DNA of 63,016 nucleotides, the filler included. It is 14 parts of 14 records of this genome, joined end to end, with 100 filler letters (N's around TTAATTAATTAA, not from the genome) between each part and the next. Parts side by side here need not be neighbours in the genome. Positions count along the whole stretch, not along the records: positions 49,723 to 55,102 come from SRR7504441_110706; positions 55,203 to 59,776 come from SRR7504441_110722; positions 59,877 to 63,016 come from SRR7504441_111041; 11 more parts are not named here. The stretch is one strand, 5' to 3'. The notes beneath the pieces were generated by a model that saw only the letters and a list, made by a program, of their open reading frames with translations, had not been told where the DNA came from and made no database searches. Shown here in pieces: positions 54,400 through 63,016 of this stretch (its first letter is position 1; the number at the start of each line of letters is the position of its first letter). The translations under genes and the position numbers were made by a program.

Positions 54400-55102
54400 A
54401 TGACACGTCGTTCAACAAGATTAATGCGTTTAGAGAATTCTCTTTATACTTATAATTCGCAAACTGAAGCTTGGGATATTAAAGAAGTTCATGAGGATCA
54501 AATAAATTTAACCAGTACTGATTTATTTGAAAAAGGAAGTTATTTTACGTGTAAGCATATGTCACAAAAAACAAGTCCTATTTCTATTCGATTGGATAAT
54601 ATAGATACTTGGGATTCCTTATGGTATAGTAAGTATAAAGCACCAAGTGTTGCTTCAACAAAATTAAATATTGATTTTATCATTAGAGATTATATAGAGA
54701 ATGTTTTAAATTCTTTAAATATGCTTGTTAATCGTATATATATAAAGGAACTAAACCAAAATTATTTTGTTACAATAAATTTATATGAAATAGGGACACT
54801 ATCAAAAAAGGATACTTTTGTTAATTTGAATAGGAAAAAACGTTTTTTAGATCAAGGTTATTCCGAAGTAAAACAAAGTGGGATAAACCCGTTTTATGAT
54901 ACTAAAAATAACTTTGAAAAAATAACCTACGCAGATATTCCAAAGTTACTTGTTTATATAGAAAAACAATTGCATATTTATACCAAACGTCCCATTCATT
55001 TATCAGTGATACCTGTAAGTAACCTTGGGTCTAGTGCTTCATTATTAGGTAAATTTTTAGTAAAGGAATTAGAAAAACCAAACCCAAGTTTTAAAAAAGC
55101 TT
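54400..55102 (+). CDS. rps3: Ribosomal protein S3 (3'-partial; canonical start at 54559, ORF opens at 54400)
   Basis: MSQKTSPISIRL..WDSLWY and SASLLGKFLVKELEK..SFKKA; located after rps19. Confidence 0.88.
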
Positions 55103-55449
55103 NNNNNNNNNNNNNNNNNNNNNNNNNNNNNNNNNNNNNNNNNNNNTTAATTAATTAANNNNNNNNNNNNNNNNNNNNNNNNNNNNNNNNNNNNNNNNNN
55201 NNGGAGAGCGCCGAGTAGACACTATTCCATTGCGTGCGATGCGTGCGCAGGTACTTGTTGGAAAACGCCGGCACTTTCGGCACAATGGGTTAGTTGGTAA
55301 TTGTTGGGTGGGTTCGAGACCAATGGGGACCTCGTAGACCGCAACTAAGCGCCCCTATATAGCTGGTCGCCCGGACCCGCAAGGCAAGCCTTTTTGTTTT
55401 AAATAAAAATTTCCGCAACCCTGTCCAGAACCTGTGTTAGTTGCACAGG

Positions 55450-57079
55450 TTAGAGTGTTAAACTTTCGTCCTTCACAGTGATCGCCGGTGTTTCTGCATG
55501 TGAATGGTGCGATTCTCGGGTACCATCCGCAATAATTGACACCTCAACCCCTTGCTCGCCCTGGAGATCTTTGTGATCGTGCTGAGGAGATTCACCAAGC
55601 TTTTGTTGTCCTGGTGCAGGATGATCGGCAGTATCTACGACTATAGCACTACTGGTCATTTCTTCCAGGCCAATGTCCACAGATGATACCTCTTGGTAGT
55701 CTCTAGATCGTTTACCACGGGTCCGTGCTGGGATATTGGTCTGCACTCGGGTATCCACAGCGGCTACCTCTTCGCGGTGCCGACAGCAGAAGTGGCACAC
55801 CAATCGTCGCAAACATATGGCTAGACAGATGACGGTTAGAATTGCGCCAAGTGCAATCAGAATGACTTGCCACAGCGACATGCTAGCTAAGGAGACCAAG
55901 AAGTAATCACCAGAGCAGAAATCCACCTGGAATACTTGATTCTCATCTGGTGAGGCCGTACAGCTGCTGCCCCCGCCGTTGTGGCACTGTGATCCTACAC
56001 AACTGAAGTCTCTGTTTTGAAACGTGGCGTTCAGAAACTCAGTGTACTTCTCCAATCGCGTATACACTGCCACCCTGCAGAGACCAAACGTGAAGCAAAG
56101 TCGCCAGGGTAAAGCATACCTCCCATCAGCCCCGCATGCTGGCCCGGACCGAGGCAACTCGCTCCCCTTAACCAGCACCCCCAAGACCCAGGTTGCGTTG
56201 ACGTCGGAGCCCGCAGCGCATGCCACTACAGGGCTACCCGAGTCGCCATTGCAGCTATCCTTGCCGGCCTAGAAAGACAGCTATCAGTCACTAGACTGCC
56301 AGATGAATCACCCCTCCACTCGTGCAGATCACGTTATCAAAGTTGATCAACCGCTCTTTTACCGCTTTAGGCTCCTGCTGGGCGCAAGAGCTCGATGAGA
56401 CTGTGTGCACCTGGTGCAAATCAAGTCACCAGTGCAACGTGCCAGAGAGGCACCTCCACGCGCCGCAGGATCCCTTTTGAACCACGATCTGAGGTGCCCA
56501 TCCCGAGCAGATGGACTGGACTTCCAGCGGGTATGCGCGGATACTGGGCCGCTGCAGTCTGGCCGAGATGGTGAGGGCCACCGACGATGCCCAGCCCGGG
56601 GATCATCGGGTACTCGGCCACCTCCGCCGGTCGGTCGAGCTCGGCCAGGCACAGGTCATCGTGGTCGTCGCAACAGCTGATAGCGTAGCATGGGTGCGGA
56701 ACCCACCGCTTGATGTTCCGGTACTGGCACTGGCTGCATTGCACAGCCGAGTCAGTCAATGCGAAGTCCTGGTGCCGTCTCACCCGGAAAGCGCGTGACA
56801 CCCAAAGGTGATCTGGGAGCCCTGGGCTGGATGATAGCCGGTGTAGTCTGGTTTGATGACGCAGTGGCACGCGGTGATGGCCCACGTCGGGCTGACCAGC
56901 GACATGCCACAACCAGTGGGCCGACCACCCACCCGCGAGAGCTGCGCAAACCACGGGAATGTCCCCGGGTCGCCAACCTCCACGCCGCCCACGATCCGGC
57001 GGGCACCGCCTCGCAAGCTCCCCTCCGCCGAGCCCACTGCCACCGCCGCCGACCCGAAGAGGAGCACGAAGGCTCGCAT
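55450..57079 (-). CDS. Trypsin-like (S1A) serine protease with a C-terminal transmembrane anchor, spliced
   Basis: Signal peptide, RR|IVGG activation site, TACHC (His), DDLCLAEL (Asp), KDSCNGDSGSP (Ser), GVLVKG..C..YTRL and the TM helix WQVILIALGAILTVICLAICL. Confidence 0.9.
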
Positions 57080-57216
57080 CAGCCTGGACAGATCCGTCGT
57101 CGGGGTAGGGCAGTCGGGACCAGGACGTAGGGTGGTCACACCCAGAGAGGACGACGTCCGTTGAATTGTTGCTCGGTCCGGTGTGCCGGTAGATCTACCG
57201 GCCGGTACTCTTCAAG

Positions 57217-59769
57217 ATGGACGATGAGTCGCTGCGAGCGCTGGTGTTGGAGGCACTCGACAAGCCGCAGGAGCAGCTCGGGGTGCACTCGGCCGACGAG
57301 CTCTTCCCGGATCCAGCCACTGCCCCCGAGCACATGCCGCCCAAATTCTGGATCTGGATGGCCCCGACCGGATGGGAGGTTAGCCAGGCGCAGATCTACC
57401 CCCCCGATCAAGCTCTGTTTGAGGCGGTAGCCCGCAGCGACCTGGCGGCCGCACGGGCGGAACTCCGCGGACAGACTGTCAACTCCAATTCGAAGAAGCT
57501 CAATGGCATGTCCGTCATCCACCTGGCCACCCGGGAATGCCTCCGGGCGGGCAAGGCAGGGATTGCGGTGCTCCGGGCGCTCCTGGCCAACGGGACCGAT
57601 TCCAACGTCTTCAATGCGGATGGCCAGAGCCCACTCATGCTCGCTGCCCGGGATCTTGACGAGCCGGTGGTGGAGATGCTCCTGGCCAACGGCGCCAACC
57701 CGGACCTGACCGACCCGCAGGGCAACACCGCACTGCACCTGGCGGTGGCTGCCGGTGCAAGCAGTCAGCTGGTCTCAGTGATGCTTAAGGTCGGGGCCGA
57801 TGCGACCATCCTCAACGATGCGGGTCACACCGCCATTAACATTGCACGTGAGACCCAGGCGAACGATCTGGTCGCACTGTTGGATGTGGCATCGCCGGTG
57901 CTCGAGCATCAGCCATCGCCAGCTGGAACGCCAGAGCAGCTCCAGCTCACCGCGGCAGGGGCCCAGTATGAGCCACAGTACAATTCAAAGGGCCAAGTCC
58001 GGTGCCCATTCGCTGACGTACGCGGCGAGGAGCTGGCCAAGGCTATCGTGCAACTGATCGACGAGCACAAAGTCTTGGAAGTACCCAACCTGGAATTGGT
58101 GATGACCCGCCAATTTGACCCCGTTGTCTCCTCCCCAATGACCAAGTCGCGCAGTGGAGCCCGGCCCAGGCCAGACCCACTCCGGACAACTCGGAGCGGC
58201 AACAAGAAGCTGGACCGGCGGTACGACATGCACAAGCTACCGACCGAACCGTTCATGGCATTCCTCCGGTGCGAGTCCAAGATGCCTTCACTCTGGTACA
58301 CCAACGGCACACTGATTGCTCGCACCAAACCAGAAGTTGAACCAGAGTCCAATTTCAAGCCTCCAGCGGCCAGCCCAGACGGCGAGTACCAGAAGCTCCG
58401 AACAATCTACAACTCGTTTGACTACATTCCTGAGGCTGATGGTGACCTACCCGATTCCGCCCTTTCGCCAAGCAAAGCAGCTGCGCGAGGAAGAGAATTT
58501 TTGGTGCGCAGAGCACTACGAGCTCATCGTGAGGGGATTAACCTTGACGTTTTCAAGCAGAATCTCTGCTCCATGGTTCCCGGTGACATGTACTCAGCAT
58601 TGTCACTATGGGAGGAGCCGGATCCGATCCGCCCTAAGGCTGTAATCAAGCACCGCGCAGCGTGCCAGCTACAGATGTATCGGGGGGATAGTTTCACACT
58701 TACAATAATCCACAAACAGGCCGGTGGCGACAGGGTGACCAAGCTCATGGAAGGCGTGATGCTTGTCGGAACTTTTGTAAGGTCGCCTGATGGTACGTGG
58801 CAGTTCACAGCCATTTCAAAAGCACACCTCAATCTGAACGACGAGCCAACAACGGCGCTTGTCAACGACACTAAGTTCAAAGCCACCACTGAATCTGTCA
58901 CTGTGACGAGGGACGGGGACACCAAGGTAACGTGCATCAAACTTCACGGGGACCTGCCCAGCGCAACTGTTGAGGATGTCGTTGGTCCTGACTTGCTGAT
59001 TCTGAAACTGGCCGCTAAGGGTCCAAAACCAGTCGATCTGAAGGATCTTGTGGATGCAAATTGCGATGGTGTGCCAGATGAGCTCCACGGGTGGACGGAG
59101 AAGCTATTTGGTGCCGACCCAGAGCTTGGCAGAAATACACTCTACCTCTGTCCGACAAGCGGGGAAGTGTTTAAAACGGAGGAGGATTGCGCTGTATACA
59201 CAGTGCATTCGGGGCTCGCCGAGTTTTGTGTGCTGGATTTCTGGATTTATAAAACTAATCCTGCCAGACCTACAGCTTCTGGATGGGATGTAGCAACACA
59301 GGCTATTAACCCAAGCTGGGCCCCAATGTACGACGCAATGAAGGTCTACGACGCCCCAGCCCTGGACACCATGTGGACTGATGATCGTGATCTGCTGAAG
59401 GCGGAGGATCTGAGTGGCTGGGGTATTGTTCATTACATGGTTCGAAATGCTGCAAAAGCCGAGACGGATGACCAGAAAAGTAAGGCCGCTGAGGTCCTGC
59501 GCTTGGCCTTGGTGCATGGCGCCGATTCATGTGCACTGGGACCAAACCAACAAACACCTCTGCATCTCGCAGCAGAAACTGGGATTGCTGAATTGGTCCA
59601 GCTTCTGCTGATCAATGATGGACAAAGAAAGGCCACCATGGTCAATCAAAATGGAAAGAAGCCACTCGACCTTGCACGCGCAAATGACCAAGACGGATCA
59701 CACGAGGATGTAATTGACGTATTACACAACTTCAGCCGCACACGGAGCCCACGTGCATTACAATACTGA
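57217..59769 (+). CDS. Ankyrin-repeat protein with N- and C-terminal repeat blocks around an unrecognised core
   Basis: GQSPLMLAA, GANPDLTDPQGNTALHLAV, QTPLHLAAETG, GKKPLDLA. Confidence 0.9.
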   Translation: MDDESLRALVLEALDKPQEQLGVHSADELFPDPATAPEHMPPKFWIWMAPTGWEVSQAQIYPPDQALFEAVARSDLAAARAELRGQTVNSNSKKLNGMSVIHLATRECLRAGKAGIAVLRALLANGTDSNVFNADGQSPLMLAARDLDEPVVEMLLANGANPDLTDPQGNTALHLAVAAGASSQLVSVMLKVGADATILNDAGHTAINIARETQANDLVALLDVASPVLEHQPSPAGTPEQLQLTAAGAQYEPQYNSKGQVRCPFADVRGEELAKAIVQLIDEHKVLEVPNLELVMTRQFDPVVSSPMTKSRSGARPRPDPLRTTRSGNKKLDRRYDMHKLPTEPFMAFLRCESKMPSLWYTNGTLIARTKPEVEPESNFKPPAASPDGEYQKLRTIYNSFDYIPEADGDLPDSALSPSKAAARGREFLVRRALRAHREGINLDVFKQNLCSMVPGDMYSALSLWEEPDPIRPKAVIKHRAACQLQMYRGDSFTLTIIHKQAGGDRVTKLMEGVMLVGTFVRSPDGTWQFTAISKAHLNLNDEPTTALVNDTKFKATTESVTVTRDGDTKVTCIKLHGDLPSATVEDVVGPDLLILKLAAKGPKPVDLKDLVDANCDGVPDELHGWTEKLFGADPELGRNTLYLCPTSGEVFKTEEDCAVYTVHSGLAEFCVLDFWIYKTNPARPTASGWDVATQAINPSWAPMYDAMKVYDAPALDTMWTDDRDLLKAEDLSGWGIVHYMVRNAAKAETDDQKSKAAEVLRLALVHGADSCALGPNQQTPLHLAAETGIAELVQLLLINDGQRKATMVNQNGKKPLDLARANDQDGSHEDVIDVLHNFSRTRSPRALQY

Positions 59770-59982
59770 GCGCCGANNNNNNNNNNNNNNNNNNNNNNNN
59801 NNNNNNNNNNNNNNNNNNNNTTAATTAATTAANNNNNNNNNNNNNNNNNNNNNNNNNNNNNNNNNNNNNNNNNNNNCCGTACCATACATCTCAGCAAAGG
59901 TCCAGTACATCGCTTGGCGCGTTCTGGACGGCCGAGGAGGGTGTTGGTGTTGGTGTTAGTGTTGGTCCCGACCGAGCACGCA

Positions 59983-62735
59983 ATGGAGGATGTCAGGGGC
60001 TCGGGTAAGAAGAAGTCGGGCGGGTTCCAGTCGTTCGGGCTGGCCTACCCGGTGTACTCGGGGATCATGCGGATCGGGTACCAGCTCCCGACCCCGATCC
60101 AGCGCCGGGCCATCCCGGCAATCATCAAGGGGCACGACACGGTGGTCATGGCCCGCACCGGTGCCCCGCCCGGCCCGTTAGGGCATCGAGCGGTTTGGGG
60201 CAGGCTCGGGCAAGACGGCCGCCTTTTTGATCCCGATGCTGCACAGGCTGGCTGAGCACTCGACAAAGGTCGGTGTGCGCGGGCTGTTGCTCGCCCCCAC
60301 ACGAGGTGACCCGCACAGCTCGCCGCCAGCCGAGCCCCGGGCAGAACTAGCGATGCAGACGCTCGGCTTCGCCAAGAAGCTCGGGAGGGCCACCGGGCTG
60401 CGGTACTGCCTGCTGGTGGGCGGCGACTCGATGGAGGAGCAATACGGCCAGCTAGCGGCCAACCCGGACGTGATTGTGGCCACCCCGGGCCGGCTGGTGC
60501 ACCACATGGAGGAGGTCAAGCTCGAACTGCGCACAGTGGTCCGACTGCCGCCACTGCCGCCTGGCTCAATGCAGGGCAGGTCTATTTCTGTGTAGATGAG
60601 GCAGATCGGCTGTTCGAGATGGGTGTGCAGGACCAGCTGCACCAGGTAGTGCAGGCGCTCCCGCCCTCGCGCCAGTCTGTGCTCTGCTCGGCCACGCTAC
60701 CGCGTGCCTTGCTCGACTTTGCTAGAGGAGGGGGCGACGCAGGTGAGGCCTGCTGATGTGCACAGCTCACCTATGGTCGTAGGGATTTCGGCGCTCAAGG
60801 AGCCGGTGGAGTACATCCGGCTGGACGCAGAAACCAAGATCTCCGAGAACCTGAGAATGGGCTTTTTCCAGCTGCGGCCGGAGGAGAAGCTGGGAGCGCT
60901 GCTGTACATGCTCAGGCATCTAGTCAAGCCCGGAGAGCAGACAATTGTGTTCGTGGCCACCAGGCACCAGGTCGAGCTCATCGCCGAGCTGCTCCCCCGG
61001 TACAGCCCTCCGTTTGCTCGGCCAAGCCGGTGGCAGCTGCGGGTTTGAGTTGTCTGTTGTGTTTGGAGAAATGGACCAGGCAGACTCGCCCGTCCCTCCG
61101 CTGCTCAGCGGCCGGGGCAGGCGGCGCGCACCAGTCACCTGGGTCGGTTCCGAGCCAAGAAGACCAGCATCCTGGTGGTAACGGATGTGGCGGCTCGCGG
61201 AATCGACATCCCGTTGCTCTCAAACGTGATCAACTTTGACTTCCCAGCCAAGCCCAAGCTATTCGTGCACCGGGTGGGCCGGACTGCCCGGCAGGGCCAG
61301 CAGGGCATCGCGTACAGCCTGCTGGCTAACGACGAACTCGGGTATATGCTTGACCTTCTGCTCTTCCTGGGGCGCAAGGCTCACAACGTATGCCCCGATC
61401 CGGCCGATGCAGCCAGCGGTGTCTGGTATGGGGGTCTGCCTAGGCGTCAGCTAGAGGAGGAGTGCGACACCGCCCGTAGCATTATCTCCCAGGCGCATGA
61501 TCTGCAAGCGCTCCAGAGGTCGGCAGCCAATGCGTTCAAAAGGTACCAAAACACACGCGCGTCTGCCTCCAAGGCGTCGGCTGGGCGGAGCAAGCAGCTG
61601 CCAGAGCTGCCGGCGGTGCATCCCTGGCTGCTCGACCAAGTCGGGGCGCAGGACGAGCAGTGGCTGGCCATGATGGGCGCGGTGCGCGGGTACCAGCCCA
61701 AGAGTACCATCCTCGAGATGAAGCAGGACTCGGACGGGTTTGCGAGCATGAAGCGCAAGCGCATGACAGACCAGGCCGCGGTCACCAACAAGCGGCGAGC
61801 AAGCGAACAGCCAGCGAAAGAGCCGGTGCTGGACCAGGAGGAGGAACAGCAGGACCCTGAGCTACGCGAGCACAAGTGGAAGGACAAGCAGTACTTTATT
61901 GAGTACGAGCCGGCAGACAGGGATCCGGCAGCAGACTTCGGGTTCGAGATCGGTGACGGCCTGTGTGATTCTGTCGGCTGAGTGGGGCCAGGTGGGTCGC
62001 ACGCGCAAATGGAGGCGAGCGTGTTGGATCTGGGCGGCGACACAGAGTCCGGGATGCAGCGGGCCAAACAGGTGCGCAAGTGGGATGCCAAGAAGAAGCG
62101 GTGTGGCGCCTGGGCCAGAGCGGTCGGTTTAGGTTGAGTGCAGGTACGTGATGATGGAGCTGGACAACGAGGGCCGGGCCAAGCGGCAGAAGCTGAACGA
62201 GGCCGGACAAGCGGTCACCTCCAAGGCGGCCAAGGCCAAGGGCCGCTCGTACAAGGACTGGCAGAAGAAGATGCGGCTCTCCATCCCCAAGGCCGGTGAA
62301 GAGGAGTCCGCCAGGACCGCTGCAGCCGCCAAATCCAAAGACGAATGGCGTTGGGTGGACGGGCGTCGGATCAGGATGGGTGGGAAGGGCCAGCAGGACG
62401 GGCCGGGTGCCAAAGACGAGCTGCAAAACCCCCAACAGATCGCCAAGCTGCGACGGGAACAGCTGAAGAACAAGAACAGGAATTCCAAGAACCACTCGGG
62501 CGGCAAGGCGGCGCAGTTTGGGCGCGGAGGCAAGGGTGGTAAGGGCAGCAAAGGCAAGGGACGCCGGGGCGGAAGCACCCACGGGGGGGCGATGAGAGAC
62601 AGAATGCCCGGGCCTGGGATGGGCAAGAAAGGCTCCAACAACAAGAAGAGCAAGACGTCGCTGCCAGCCTCCAAGCTGACCAAAGGCAAGGCGCCCAAGA
62701 GGTCCGCAAGCCAGAAAGGCGCATCGAAGAAGTAG
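59983..62735 (+). CDS. DDX54: DEAD-box RNA helicase DDX54/Dbp10
   Basis: [64 protein letters not shown] and WDAKKKRYV. Introns: 60161-60203, 60306-60344, 60539-60579, 60743-60782, 61000-61036, 61080-61120 (GC-AG), 61953-61991, 62101-62143. Confidence 0.93.
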
Positions 62736-62860
62736 GCACGTCGCCAAGGGCCCTTGGCCATGAAACGCCAATGTTGGGCCAGTAAGAACGACAAGGTTGC
62801 GAACGATCTGTAATGGACGGGTCTCAATCGACAGATTTAATTTTTTCGACGGGTATAATT

Positions 62861-62902
62861 ATCAATCAATCAATCAAATCAATCAATCAATCAATCAATC
62901 AA
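62861..62902. repeat. (ATCA)n microsatellite, about 10 units with one imperfection
   Basis: atcaatcaatcaatcaaatcaatcaatcaatcaatcaatcaa. Confidence 0.9.
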
Positions 62903-63016
62903 GAGTAAATCAAGAGTTAATTACTAGTTAATTACAGTCTGTACTTAGTTTGTACTCGTATTGCACCTATATTGCACCGATGGATGTGTAGTCCTAGTAG
63001 ACTCGCGGCTCGAGCT

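Noticed and set aside
55203-55400. GGTTCGAGACC B-box-like word, TATATA and a T-run suggesting a Pol III RNA
   Set aside because: No cloverleaf or snRNA motifs could be built. The start of the contig reads more like the last exon of a gene.
59914-62735. Fragmented ORFs of DDX54 (also VPS52, cytochrome c, NDK) suggesting pseudogenes or frameshifts
   Set aside because: They are fully explained by 37-46-nt GT/GC-AG introns that restore conserved motifs.

Overview
This window is not one locus. It is 14 short contigs joined by 13 artificial 100-nt linkers (N44-TTAATTAATTAA-N44). Thirteen contigs are GC-rich, gene-dense nuclear DNA of a protist-type eukaryote with uniformly tiny (37-46 nt) spliceosomal introns, several with GC-AG ends. 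One contig (49723-55102) is AT-rich mitochondrial DNA carrying atp6, rps14, rpl18-like, rpl6, rps8, rpl2, rps19, rps3 and 5 tRNAs. Recognisable nuclear genes include VPS52, DDX54/DBP10, cytochrome c, a trypsin-like protease, a TMEM144-like transporter, CAZymes and an RlmI-like methyltransferase. Four observations stand out. (1) A phage tail-collar-domain ORF is joined to an OAS-like nucleotidyltransferase ORF by an in-frame G_GAU_UUU slippery site plus a 14-bp hairpin, a candidate -1 programmed ribosomal frameshift defence locus. (2) A spliced gene encodes a pyruvate kinase-NDK-NDK fusion. (3) A His-box-degenerate elongase is fused to a patatin lipase. (4) The mtDNA retains an rpl18-like gene. 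All gene models were spliced by eye and no database searches were run.
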